A DNA stretch of 64,000 nt from an uncultured Verrucomicrobiae bacterium (lineage in GTDB: Bacteria; Verrucomicrobiota; Verrucomicrobiia; Limisphaerales; Palsa-1400): the NCBI GenBank assembly GCA_963707025.1, contig CAVPOM010000009.1:256001-320000 (forward strand), written 5' to 3'. The position numbers and the translations under genes were made by a program. Below, piece by piece: positions 28,529 to 38,294 of this stretch; the stretch's first letter is position 1, and each line of letters starts with the position of its first letter. Below the pieces are notes generated by a model. The model did not search any database. It saw nothing but the letters and a program-made list of their open reading frames with translations, and was not told the DNA's origin.

Positions 28529-28613
28529 TGTAACACAATGTAACGGGGTGTAACGGGTGCGGTTTTCGTAAACCGTTGATAATCAACAACTGTAACGGTG
28601 TAACGGGTGTAGC
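28529..28613. repeat. TGTAAC direct-repeat array flanking a palindrome
   Basis: TGTAAC at 28529, 28539, 28549, 28591, 28599 (TGTAGC 28608); GTTGATAATCAAC at 28575-28587. Confidence 0.75.
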
Positions 28614-28801
28614 GCACCTCACCCTGCCTGCATGAGTGGGTGTCGAACAAGTGCCCCCACACTGGCTGGCCAACCCAAAAACGAGTCGCAAGCCTTTCCC
28701 GGCCAACCCATGACTGACCCATTGCATAGACTACTCAAAACATCTCGCAATAAACAAGGCAGGTGTCTTTTCGCGCCGGAAGTGGTATGAAGAGGGGGAA
28801 A

Positions 28802-29527
28802 GTGAAGATTTCAGTTGTCATTCCGGCGTTCAACGAGGAAAAGCTGCTCGGCGCGACCTTGCGCAGCATCCAGGCGGCGGGCGCGGCCTTCGGCGACCTG
28901 GGCTGGGCGATGGAAATCGTCGTGTGCGACAATAATTCCACCGACGCCACCGCGGAGCTGGCGCGCGCGGCGGGGGCGCGGGTGGTCTTTGAACCTGTCA
29001 ATCAAATCGCCCGCGCGCGCAACACGGGCGCGGCGGCGGCGGATGGAGAGTGGCTGGTTTTTGTGGACGCCGATTCGCACCCGGCGCGGGAGCTTTTCGC
29101 GGAAGTGGCCGGGGAAATCCAGTCGGGGCGCTGCCTGGCGGGCGGCTGCACGGTGCGGATGGATGAGCGCCATTTCGCGGGCGACTGCGGCACCGGCCTG
29201 TGGAACCTGCTCAGCCGGATGCTGAAATGGACGGCCGGCTCGTTTATTTTTTGCGAGACGGCGGCGTTTCGGAAGATAGGCGGATTCAGCCTGGAACTGT
29301 TCGCCTCGGAGGAAATTGACCTGAGCAGGCGGCTGAAAAAACTGGCGCGCCAGGAGAGGAAAAAAGTGGTCATCCTCCATCGTCATCCCCTGCTGACCTC
29401 GGCGCGAAAATTGTCCCTCTATACGCACCGGGAGTATCTCCGCTTTTTCGTCAGGGCGATTTTGCAGCCCCGAAAAACCACGACCAGCCGGGAGGCGTGC
29501 CAGCCATGGTACGACGGGAGAAGGTGA
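28802..29527 (+). CDS. Glycosyltransferase family 2
   Basis: ISVVIPAFNEE, VVCDNNSTD, ARNTGA, FVDAD, GGF, SEE, TSARK; start could also be 28787. Confidence 0.92.
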   Translation: MKISVVIPAFNEEKLLGATLRSIQAAGAAFGDLGWAMEIVVCDNNSTDATAELARAAGARVVFEPVNQIARARNTGAAAADGEWLVFVDADSHPARELFAEVAGEIQSGRCLAGGCTVRMDERHFAGDCGTGLWNLLSRMLKWTAGSFIFCETAAFRKIGGFSLELFASEEIDLSRRLKKLARQERKKVVILHRHPLLTSARKLSLYTHREYLRFFVRAILQPRKTTTSREACQPWYDGRR

Positions 29528-29663
29528 TTGGAAAGAGAATTTCCAAACTTCCCTTCTGATCTTTCAAACCGCCGGCGGTTCCCCACCCCGCGCGGCAAAG
29601 CAAAGCCCCCGGAAAAGCAAATCCGCGGCGGCCATCAGATCAACCGCTATCGTGCCGCCCCGA

Positions 29664-30521
29664 TCATCCCCCTGGGGGCGGCACCACCGAGCCGTCGCAC
29701 ACCCAGTTGATGTCGGGCCTGCCGGGATCGGCCGCCTGGCCATTGATCGGGATGCAAATATAGGAGTATTTGAAATACCTGACGTGGGCATCGCTGAACA
29801 TGATGTTCGCCCCCGCGTCGTGCCGGGAGGATTCACGGGTGGTGTAGCACTGCGGGCTGCCCAGGATGTCCAAGTTGACGCTGGTGCTTCCGTAAAAGGG
29901 AGTTTCGTTCTCATGCGTGCGGTTGTCGGAAAACATCACGAAAGCAGAGGGATGCACCACGGCGGACTGCCTTAACCGCGTGCCATTGGGCTGACTCTCG
30001 GGAATGCCCTTGGAATTCATGCCATAGTTGAAAATGATCTGGCCATTGGGGATGGACGGGTCTATCGGCTGGAGATCCGAGGTGGGGCATTTGAAAATGG
30101 ATTTGCTGGTGTTGTAAACAGCCGAGGCGCCGGTAATGGCATATTCAAACAAAGGCTTGGACTGAATGTAGGGGGGAAGCGCGTTAAACCACGCGTCCGT
30201 TCCATAAGTGGTGCCTGTTTGCGCGTTCTCGAACTGGACATCAGTGAGGTCAACCCAGCTCGGAGTGTCCTCGTCGTAACCTGACGGGGTGTAGGGGGGG
30301 TCGGCGGGGATTTTGGTCAAGGGAAAGAATCCCCGGTAGTCGTCCAGGTACATGGTTTGGGCATATCCCCATTGTTTGAGGTTGCTGGAACAGGCGGCGC
30401 GATTGGCCTTTTCCTTGGCCTTGGCCAGGGCCGGAAGCAGCAGGGCCGCCAGAATCGCAATGATGGCGATCACCACCAACAGTTCGATCAGCGTGAAGGC
30501 CCGATTCTGTTTAGTGTTCAT
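29664..30521 (-). CDS. Prepilin-type N-terminal cleavage/methylation protein (DUF1559 / H-X9-DG type)
   Basis: [47 protein letters not shown]. Confidence 0.93.
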   Translation of the reverse strand: MNTKQNRAFTLIELLVVIAIIAILAALLLPALAKAKEKANRAACSSNLKQWGYAQTMYLDDYRGFFPLTKIPADPPYTPSGYDEDTPSWVDLTDVQFENAQTGTTYGTDAWFNALPPYIQSKPLFEYAITGASAVYNTSKSIFKCPTSDLQPIDPSIPNGQIIFNYGMNSKGIPESQPNGTRLRQSAVVHPSAFVMFSDNRTHENETPFYGSTSVNLDILGSPQCYTTRESSRHDAGANIMFSDAHVRYFKYSYICIPINGQAADPGRPDINWVCDGSVVPPPGG

Positions 30522-30671
30522 AAATCTTGCGCAATAATTCCTGGTTTCCAGGATTGCAACCGCCAGACAGATAACAGCGAACCCCCGCATCCTAATCCGG
30601 ACACATTACAATCAGGTGTCGGCATTGTGAAGATTGCGTCACAATTTATTCCCCGCGTGATGTTGGAAAAA

Positions 30672-30689
30672 AAGTCACAAAATCGTAAC
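30672..30689 (+). promoter_or_regulatory. Possible Pho-box-like direct repeat
   Basis: AAGTCAC-AAAA-TCGTAAC (GTCAC/GTAAC 11 bp apart) in the divergent intergenic region. Confidence 0.35.
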
Positions 30690-30802
30690 GCGCCCGCCGT
30701 TGCGATGCCATAAATCTTTGATTCATTCCTGTGCGCGCCGGGCTGGCTCGGTCGCAGTGTCAGACGGCGCGGAAGACCAAAGAACAAGCGCAGCATTTTG
30801 TT

Positions 30803-33800
30803 ATGCACATGAACATGCACAAATTGGCTCTCACGCTGGCCGTGGCCGGCCTGGCCGCCGCAACGGCCCGCGCCCAGTTTGCACCCCGCCATCTTGCGGT
30901 GCTCCGCGCGGGGGATAACGCGGGCAACGCCGCATCGGATATCAGTCCCAATGGCCCCCATCAGTCCCCGACCTTCGTTGACGAATTTGATCCGGCCAAC
31001 CCCATCGTGGTTCCCAGCACCGACTCGCGCACCAACGGGCCTGTCTTTTCGGTGGCGATTCCCACCAACGATCCGGTCAGCGTTCCGCCCTACTCGGCCA
31101 TGTGGTTTAACGGCCATGCCGGCAGCGAAGGCTATCTCGCCCTGTCCGCCGACAACAGCACCCTGGCCTTTTCCGGTTACGGAGGCAATATCCTGGCCGT
31201 TTCCGGGACGCCGTCGGGACTGAACATTCCCCGGGGCGTTTGCGTGATTGACGTCGCGGGCAACACTTATATTCCCTACGAAGGGTCAGATTGGTATGGC
31301 CTTGGGGTCGGCCCCCTGACCAATCCCAGGGGGGCGGTTTCGGACAACGGCACCAACAATTTCTTTGGCTCCGGCGGCGCCGACGGCAATATATGGTTTC
31401 AAGCCGGTGGCGGGCCGCCGGTGGTCAACGCCAATCTCAGCGGGACCCGGGCCGTGAAAGCCATCAATGGGTTTGTTTACACCAGCCTGGAGCATGGTGA
31501 CGGCGGGCTGCAATATCCGGCGGGGATTTATGATTTCTCGCCCATCAACACGAGCTTTCAGATTTTGCCGCCGGTGGCGCTGCCGGAAGGCGACTTTTTC
31601 GTGCTCAATCTGGCTGTCCCCGCTTCGCCGCCTTACCTCAATGTGGAAGGGTTTGATCTCAACCCGCAGGGAAATATCGCCTACATGGCCGACGCCACTT
31701 ATGGCATTGCCAAGTATGTTGAGGTGGCGGGCCAATGGTCCCTGGCCTGCGTTTTCGCCATCACCAACAACACCATCCCCGTCCAGACCAGCTACCCGGC
31801 CGATTACACCGGCACCTTTGGGTTGGTGGTGGATTGGACGGGAAACAATCCAATTGTCTATGCCACCACCCAGGAAGGGATCAACGGCTACGCCAACTCC
31901 AACCGCGTCGTCAGCATTAATGACAGTTACAACTTCAGCGACGGCCTGGTGCATAGCAACGACATCACCGTCACCACGGTGGTCGCCGCCTGGTCCACCA
32001 ACCTGACCTTCCACGGCCTCTCCTGGACCCCTGACCGCCGGCCCGTGATCACGACCAATCCCGCCAGCCAGTCCGTTTTGACCGGCGCGCCGGTCACATT
32101 CACGGTGGCGGCGACCACGAATTTCGCGAACACCTATTCGTGGTACACCAATGGCACGCTGGATCCGAGCCAGACCACGACCAACTCTACTCTGGCCTCC
32201 GCCACCGCCGGCGCCAGCTACTATGTCGTCGTTGCCAACCAGTTTGGCTCCGTCACGAGCACCACGGCGATTCTGACCGTGAACTCTGCTTTGACCGCAC
32301 CGGGCCTGACTTCGCCTGTGCCTGCGCTCAACGTGACCAATGCGGTTTACGATACGATCACCCTTCCCGTCACCGCCTCCGGCACCACGCCGATGACCTA
32401 CCAATGGCTTCAATACACCTCCGTGGGCGGCTTCGTCCCCTTGAGCGACGGCGGCGACTTTTCGGGCACCGCCACGGCGACGCTGACCATCCACACTACC
32501 TCGACCGCGGATAGCGGCAGCTACTATGTTGTTCTCAACAATGCCGCCGGAACGCCGTCGCAGAATCTGGTTGCCGGCGTCACCGTGGTGAACCCGCTGC
32601 CGGTCATTTTTACCGAGCCTGTGGGCACCTCCATGGCTTCCAATGGCATTGGCACTTTATCCGTCGGGGCCTATCCCCTGAACGCGACTTATCAATGGTA
32701 TTATGGAGCGACGCCGACTCCGGGCGGGGCGATCCAGAATGTGGCCGGCCATTGGAGCGGGGCCACCGGCCCGACACTGACGGATTTGGACGCCGTGGGA
32801 GCGGACGCGGGCAGTTACTCGGTTGTCGTTACTGACGCCGGTGGTTCTGTCACCAGCGCGGTGGTCACGGTAACCATCGTGCCGCTGTCGCCGTTCTCCT
32901 TCCTGCCTTATACGGCTCCGGGCTCGGTATATGCGCAGAACTTTGATTCACTGCCGGACCCCGGAGTCACCTCCACGAACTCTGGAACGGGCGCCGAGAC
33001 CACCATTGGCGGCACAAATTATTTTGTCGGCGAAACGTTTGACTTTGCGGCTCCTACCGTGGCCAACGGCACCCAGGAGGGAGGCGGTCTTAATTTGCCG
33101 GGCATGGCTGGCTGGTTCTCCTCCGACAGCGGCGCCAATGAAATCCAGGCTACGACGGGCGACAACACCACCGGGCTGATTGTCAGCTTCGGCTGCACCA
33201 ACGCGGCAACCAATGCCGGTTTTAACCCTCTCTATCCAACCAATAACCGCGCGCTGGGAATCATTTCCTCGCCAGCCACCTCCGGCAACACGGTTTTTGC
33301 CCTCCGGGTCCGCAACCTGACCGGGCAAAGCCTGACCAACCTCAACCTGAGCTATGTCAGCGAGCTGTGGCGCAACACCCTGACGACCAATGCCGTAACA
33401 AACTACTATTACGTGGATCCGTTCGGCAACGCCACCACCCCCACCAATAATTGGACCGGAGGCTTGACCAATTTGACATTCGGGACGAACCTCGGAAGAC
33501 CGGCCCCGGGGAACGCACTCAAGATCTTTGGCACCAACGCCCCCATCGCCATTACCAACGAGTCGTTCGTCAATGTGCCGCTGGCCACCCCTTGCCCGCA
33601 AGGCGGCATCTTGTGGATTGTCTGGGAAGAACCGGCTCCGGTGAGCGGAGGACAGGGCATTGGCATTGACAATCTGGTTTTCTCCTCGGGTCCGCCGGCC
33701 TTGACGATTCAGGCGGCCGGTTCCTCGGTGGCCATTTCCTGGCCGCAAATGTTCACAGCTTACACCCTGCAATACAACAACACCGACATTTCCAATCCGG

Positions 33801-33913
33801 GCGGCTGGCAGAATTATGCCCTGCAGATGCCGGCTGTGTTCGAGGGAATCAACACCGTCACCGTGCCCATCGCCGGCACACAGCAATACTACTTCCGGCT
33901 CAAAGGCAATTGA
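30803..33913 (+). CDS. Large secreted protein with three Ig-like domains and Verrucomicrobia-type C-terminal domain
   Basis: Signal peptide; repeated 'P.I...P.SQ..VTFTV..Y.W..G.Y.VVV.N..GSVTS'; C-terminus 'VAISWP..YTLQ..W..YYFRL'. Confidence 0.85.
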   Translation: MHMNMHKLALTLAVAGLAAATARAQFAPRHLAVLRAGDNAGNAASDISPNGPHQSPTFVDEFDPANPIVVPSTDSRTNGPVFSVAIPTNDPVSVPPYSAMWFNGHAGSEGYLALSADNSTLAFSGYGGNILAVSGTPSGLNIPRGVCVIDVAGNTYIPYEGSDWYGLGVGPLTNPRGAVSDNGTNNFFGSGGADGNIWFQAGGGPPVVNANLSGTRAVKAINGFVYTSLEHGDGGLQYPAGIYDFSPINTSFQILPPVALPEGDFFVLNLAVPASPPYLNVEGFDLNPQGNIAYMADATYGIAKYVEVAGQWSLACVFAITNNTIPVQTSYPADYTGTFGLVVDWTGNNPIVYATTQEGINGYANSNRVVSINDSYNFSDGLVHSNDITVTTVVAAWSTNLTFHGLSWTPDRRPVITTNPASQSVLTGAPVTFTVAATTNFANTYSWYTNGTLDPSQTTTNSTLASATAGASYYVVVANQFGSVTSTTAILTVNSALTAPGLTSPVPALNVTNAVYDTITLPVTASGTTPMTYQWLQYTSVGGFVPLSDGGDFSGTATATLTIHTTSTADSGSYYVVLNNAAGTPSQNLVAGVTVVNPLPVIFTEPVGTSMASNGIGTLSVGAYPLNATYQWYYGATPTPGGAIQNVAGHWSGATGPTLTDLDAVGADAGSYSVVVTDAGGSVTSAVVTVTIVPLSPFSFLPYTAPGSVYAQNFDSLPDPGVTSTNSGTGAETTIGGTNYFVGETFDFAAPTVANGTQEGGGLNLPGMAGWFSSDSGANEIQATTGDNTTGLIVSFGCTNAATNAGFNPLYPTNNRALGIISSPATSGNTVFALRVRNLTGQSLTNLNLSYVSELWRNTLTTNAVTNYYYVDPFGNATTPTNNWTGGLTNLTFGTNLGRPAPGNALKIFGTNAPIAITNESFVNVPLATPCPQGGILWIVWEEPAPVSGGQGIGIDNLVFSSGPPALTIQAAGSSVAISWPQMFTAYTLQYNNTDISNPGGWQNYALQMPAVFEGINTVTVPIAGTQQYYFRLKGN

Positions 33914-34217
33914 ACACCGGCCAACGGCCGCCTGCCATCAGCGCGGGCAGCCGATTTGGATGTCCGGGGCGGCGCGGTGGATGTGGCAATGGTGCCCGCC
34001 GGCTTCTTCCATTTGGGCGGAGGTTCGGTTCAACTCCGTCTGGCTCAACCCCACGATGGAACGGAGGCCAGGGCTGAACCGCGCCGGCGCCAGTGCCAGC
34101 GCCTGGTGGGCGTCTTGCCGCAGGCTCGGCGCCGGCAGGCACTCGCGGCGGAATAGCCGGGGTTGAGCTGGGAAATCTGCGGGTCGCACGCCATCCTAAT
34201 TCTGCTTGCTCAATCCC

Positions 34218-34817
34218 TCATTTGTCCCCGGGCATCAGGTTCTCATGGATGCACTTGGTTTCTCCGGGGATGAGGCGGCCCTCTGCATCGTAGCGCAATT
34301 GGATCACCCAGGAAAAAACATCATCCGGCCATTGGCCGCCGGGCAACAGCTTGGCGGGATCGCCGCCCAGGCCGGCAATGAGGGCGGGAATTTGGCCGTG
34401 GTGCCAGGCGATGAGGATTCCTTGGCCGTGCGGCCGCGCTTGCAGCTCGCCGGCCAGTTCTCCCGCTTGCTTGTCTGCGTACCGCAAGTCCAGCGGCAGG
34501 CCCAGCGACTGGCTCAACGGTTCCAGCGTCAGGCGGCTACGATGGCTGTTTTTAGAATCAGCGGCGGCGAAAAGGCAGTCCAAGTGCAGCGGTTTCGAGT
34601 CAATGGCAAATTTTCTGAAATAATTCGTGTAGGCCGCGGCCCGCTGGACGCCGGCGGGCGTCAAGTCCATGCCGCTCTCCGGTTTTTCCGCGTGGCGGAC
34701 GATCAAGATCACCGCATTGCGCAGGGCGTTGGGATTCCTGGCGCCGGGCGCATGGGTGGCCGGCGTCTGGGCCGGACAAGTCGTCAAGGCCAGAGCCAGC
34801 CACGCGCAGCAGGGCAA
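34218..34817 (-). CDS. Secreted histidine-phosphatase-like protein (start uncertain)
   Basis: ILIVRHAEKP, L...G..RA, R...T..P, LIAWHHG. Confidence 0.7.
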   Translation of the reverse strand: MPCCAWLALALTTCPAQTPATHAPGARNPNALRNAVILIVRHAEKPESGMDLTPAGVQRAAAYTNYFRKFAIDSKPLHLDCLFAAADSKNSHRSRLTLEPLSQSLGLPLDLRYADKQAGELAGELQARPHGQGILIAWHHGQIPALIAGLGGDPAKLLPGGQWPDDVFSWVIQLRYDAEGRLIPGETKCIHENLMPGDK

Positions 34818-34983
34818 AAATCGTTTCTTTGTATCGTTCGCGCGCTATTGCTACGGCACCCGGCGGCCCTGCGCAATAAAATTAGCTGCGCCGGGTTGGC
34901 GTTCATTTCAGCGTGCCACGATGCAAGGTCCAACTTTTATGACCCATATTTTTAGAGCGGTGTCAGACTTCATTTTGCATTCT

Positions 34984-36351
34984 TCATCTTGCATTTTGCA
35001 TTTCGGCCGAGCACGGGGCCAGGATGGCGGTGCTCATGCCGTGGATGATTTTTTTGTCCGCGGGACAGATGGTGGCCAGGACGCCGCCCAGGCTGGCGCG
35101 GGCGGCGTCGCCGTCGCCGCTGACAAAATAGTAGGGACAGAGGCGCGCGCGACCGGGCATGGCGACCCGTTCGTTCTTCTCGAAATCAAACCAGTGCGAC
35201 TCGACCAGGCGGGGCTTGTGGTAGCGTTGCAGGACACAGGGCGACCGGGGAAATGACTGGAGGGCGTCGTCCACGGCGGCGCTCCAGTCGGCGGTGGAAA
35301 GATCGCTGCCGAGATGAACGCCGCGCGCGCCCCAGGCTTTTTCGGAAAAGCCGGAGACTTTGAGAATCAATTCGCGGTCGCGCTGGGAAAGGGACTTGAG
35401 CTGGGTCCAGTCTGTCAAGTTCAATTCCGGGATGGCGCCCTGCGGCGGGAGCGGGGCCGGGTCAACCATCCAGGTGTAGGGGACCAGTTGCTGGAGGCGG
35501 TGCAAAAAGCCTTCGCCCAGTTCCTGGCGCCAAAAGGGGCGCAGGTTGCGGTTCCAAAGAAGGGCGAAGAGCATTTTTTCCTCGAAGAGCGGCCGGGGCG
35601 GCGGGGTGAGGCGGATTTTTTTGGCCAGGGCCATGTCCATGATAGCTTTTGCCGAGGGGACGTTGGGCAGGTCGAACAATTCAAAAAAGCGATAGACGGC
35701 GTCGCCGTCCTCCAACCCGGTGAAGCGGGCGTCGCGGACGTGGAATTTATCGCCCAGTTGGGCGGCCAGCCAGTTCATTTCCGGCCGGTAAGTTTGCGCT
35801 TCCTCGGAAATGACGATGTGGACGGATTTGGCGTCGCCGAAAATGCCGGCGAAACCGCGGATCATGCCGTCGGCGCCGCCGAGGAGTCCGGGCGCGGCCA
35901 GGAGCGGGGCGGAATAAGTTTGGTTGAGCCAGGCGGTCAGGCCGATGCCGCCGGGGACGCTGTCCAGTTCGGTAATGCGGGGGCCGGATTCGCTGAGGAT
36001 GATGTCCGGGCGGATGACGCGGGGGAGGTCGTTTTTGAAGGCGGCGGCGCGCTGGATTTCCAGGAGTTGGGGCGGCTTGCCCTGGTCCAGCCATTGGGCG
36101 ACCCAGGGCGGTTGTTGGCCAGCCAGGCTCTGGCGATAGAGCAAATTGACGGCGCGATTGAATTGGAGCAAAACGCGGCCCAGGCTTTCCAGGTCCGCCG
36201 CCAGCTCGCGGCCCAGCGGAAAAGGCGCCGGGGAAACGCGCCAGTCCTGCCCGGAAAACAAACCGCCGGCGGGCATGGCCTCGCGGACAAAACGGGCGTT
36301 CCTGGAGAATAGTGAATCGTCTGCCGGAGCCGTTGGAGTGGGATTTTGCAC
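34984..36351 (-). CDS. Conserved hypothetical protein, ATP-grasp-like (glutathionylspermidine-synthase/CP_ATPgrasp-like)
   Basis: IRPDIIL..RITELDSVPGG, FEEKM, LILK..AWGARGV, VLQRY, RLCPYYF; GTG start 5 nt after the proA stop. Confidence 0.65.
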   Translation of the reverse strand: MQNPTPTAPADDSLFSRNARFVREAMPAGGLFSGQDWRVSPAPFPLGRELAADLESLGRVLLQFNRAVNLLYRQSLAGQQPPWVAQWLDQGKPPQLLEIQRAAAFKNDLPRVIRPDIILSESGPRITELDSVPGGIGLTAWLNQTYSAPLLAAPGLLGGADGMIRGFAGIFGDAKSVHIVISEEAQTYRPEMNWLAAQLGDKFHVRDARFTGLEDGDAVYRFFELFDLPNVPSAKAIMDMALAKKIRLTPPPRPLFEEKMLFALLWNRNLRPFWRQELGEGFLHRLQQLVPYTWMVDPAPLPPQGAIPELNLTDWTQLKSLSQRDRELILKVSGFSEKAWGARGVHLGSDLSTADWSAAVDDALQSFPRSPCVLQRYHKPRLVESHWFDFEKNERVAMPGRARLCPYYFVSGDGDAARASLGGVLATICPADKKIIHGMSTAILAPCSAEMQNAR

Positions 36352-36356
36352 GCAGG

Positions 36357-37643
36357 CTAGGTTCGGACCTGCCCGTTGCCGAGGCCGATCCATTTGTAGC
36401 TGGTCAATTCCTCCAGGCCCATGGGGCCGCGCGCGCCGATTTTGTCGGTGCTGATGCCGATTTCGGCGCCCATGCCAAACTCGCCGCCATCGGTGAAACG
36501 GGTGGAGGCGTTCCAATAGACCGCGGCGGAATCCACTTCGGCCAAAAACTGCCGGGCGCGCCCCTCGTCGCGCGTGACGATGCTGTCGGAATGGGCCGAG
36601 CCATATTGGTTGATGTGGGCAATGGCCTGGGCGAGGCCGTCCACCACGCGGATGTTGACGATGTAATCGTTGTATTCGGTGTAAAAATCCTGGTCGGTGG
36701 CCGGCCGGATGGGGCGGGCGGCCTGCGGGAGGCTGGCTTCCAGGATTTGGCGGGCGGCATCATCGGCCCGCATTTCGACTTTTTTGGCGTCGAAACGGGC
36801 GCCCACGACAGGGAGAAACTTTGCCGCGACGGCGGAATCCACCAGCAAGGTTTCCATGGCGTTGCAGACGGCGGGGCGCTGGCATTTGGCGTTGAAGGCG
36901 ATTTCCCCGGCCATTTGCAAATCGGCGTCCGCGTCCACATAAACATGGCAGACGCCCTTGTAATGTTTGATGACGGGCACCTTGGAGCAGTCGGCCACGG
37001 CGCGAATGAGCCTCTCGCCGCCGCGCGGCATGCACAAATCCACGTATTGGGTGAGCGCGAGCAGTTCCCGGATGGCCTCGCGCTCGGGGGTGCGCACGAC
37101 CTGGACGGCGTGGGCGGGAAAAGCAGGCAGCGCCCGGGAGGCGGCCTGGGTGAGAACGTCGGCGATGGCTTGATTGGAATGAAGGGCCTCCTTGCCGCCG
37201 CGCAAAATGGCGGCGTTGCCGGACTTGAAGCAAAGGCTGGCGGCGTCGGCGGTGACGTTGGGACGCGATTCATAAATGATGACGACGACGCCGATGGGCG
37301 TGGAAATTTTTTGGAGGCGCAAACCGTTGGGGCGGGTGCGGTCGTCGAGAATTCTGCCGACGGGATCGGGCAGGGCGGCGACTTGGCGCAGGCCGTGGGA
37401 CATGGCGGCGAGGCGTTTGGCGTCGAGTTGGAGGCGGTCGAGCATGACGATGGAGAGGCCCATTTTGGCCGCGGCCGCCATGTCGCCGGCGTTGGCCTCC
37501 TGGATGGCGGGACGGTTTTGGTCGAGGGCATCGGCCATGGCGAGGAGGCAGGCGTTTTTCTGGGCGGTGGTCAACTGGGCCAGTTGACGGGAGGCCGTTT
37601 TGGCTTGCCGGGCCACCTGCGTCATCTCATCGGTCAAACTCAT
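36357..37643 (-). CDS. proA: Gamma-glutamyl phosphate reductase
   Basis: IYESRPNVT, KSGNA.ILRGGKEA, PRGG, VCH.YVD, VCNAMET, NASTRFTDG, GAEIGIST..ARGPMGL. Confidence 0.98.
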   Translation of the reverse strand: MSLTDEMTQVARQAKTASRQLAQLTTAQKNACLLAMADALDQNRPAIQEANAGDMAAAAKMGLSIVMLDRLQLDAKRLAAMSHGLRQVAALPDPVGRILDDRTRPNGLRLQKISTPIGVVVIIYESRPNVTADAASLCFKSGNAAILRGGKEALHSNQAIADVLTQAASRALPAFPAHAVQVVRTPEREAIRELLALTQYVDLCMPRGGERLIRAVADCSKVPVIKHYKGVCHVYVDADADLQMAGEIAFNAKCQRPAVCNAMETLLVDSAVAAKFLPVVGARFDAKKVEMRADDAARQILEASLPQAARPIRPATDQDFYTEYNDYIVNIRVVDGLAQAIAHINQYGSAHSDSIVTRDEGRARQFLAEVDSAAVYWNASTRFTDGGEFGMGAEIGISTDKIGARGPMGLEELTSYKWIGLGNGQVRT

Positions 37644-37861
37644 GGGGGCAAGTTAATTCAAAATGGGGTGGTGGAAAGGGGAAAGTTGCGCGGTGGTGGA
37701 GTGTTGGAGTGGTGGGGTGGGAATGCTGGCATATTTTTTGGACGGTAGTTTGAAACCAGATAAAGCCGCTGAAGCCAGCGCCGGTTGGCTGGCCCAGTTC
37801 CGTTTTCCGAAAAGAAAATCGTGCTCGACTCGGCGAGCGGCAAGGTTTATATTTTGAAGCA

Positions 37862-38067
37862 ATGACAAGGAAATTCCATGTGACTCTGCTTGAGCACGAT
37901 GAAGGTGTGTCGGTCAGTTGTCCAGAACTGCCGGGATGCCATTCGCAGGGCGCAACCATTGCGGAAGCCATGGAAAACATCCACGATGCGATCGAAGGCT
38001 ACCTGGAGTCTACGGGGAGCCGGCCGTGCGCTGCCAAGTCCGCGAAATGGAAGTGGCCACTCGTTAG
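37862..38067 (+). CDS. hicB: HicB-family antitoxin (one-base frameshift near 38008)
   Basis: VSCPELPGCHSQG.T..EA.ENI.DAI; alternate frame gives the typical end 'VREMEVATR*' at 38065-38067. Confidence 0.8.
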
Positions 38068-38070
38068 GTC

Positions 38071-38283
38071 ATGCCCAAGCTTCCCGGCGTAAACCATCTC
38101 CGGGCCGTCAAGGCCCTGCAAAAAGCCGGTTTCCAAATTGACCGGCAAAGCAAGCACATCTTCCTGTCGAAAGGCCCGGTGAAAGTCGTGGTGCCGCGCA
38201 ATAATCCGGTGGATGCCTACACCATGGCCGCCATTGTGCGAGACGCGGGATTGACCATCGAGGATTTCAAGGAACTGCTTTGA
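38071..38283 (+). CDS. hicA: HicA-family toxin
   Basis: MPKLPGV..AVKALQKAGF..RQSKH..VVVP..IVRDAGLT.EDF. Confidence 0.88.
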   Translation: MPKLPGVNHLRAVKALQKAGFQIDRQSKHIFLSKGPVKVVVPRNNPVDAYTMAAIVRDAGLTIEDFKELL

Positions 38284-38294
38284 ACCTGCGATGG

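Noticed and set aside
27434..28727. Short ORFs in the repeat-rich stretch
   Set aside because: Translations reflect repeats (FCILHSAF, SVSSVQSVV); no coherent coding signal
30625..30644. CRP site
   Set aside because: Spacer between TGTGA and TCACA is 8 bp, not 6; kept only as an unassigned palindrome
33900..34200. Small gene between the Ig protein and the phosphatase
   Set aside because: Several overlapping short ORFs, none with recognisable motif or start context
36312..37748. Long antisense ORFs (e.g. opposite proA, amidase, nfeD, pilT)
   Set aside because: Shadow ORFs typical of high-GC coding DNA, opposite well-supported genes
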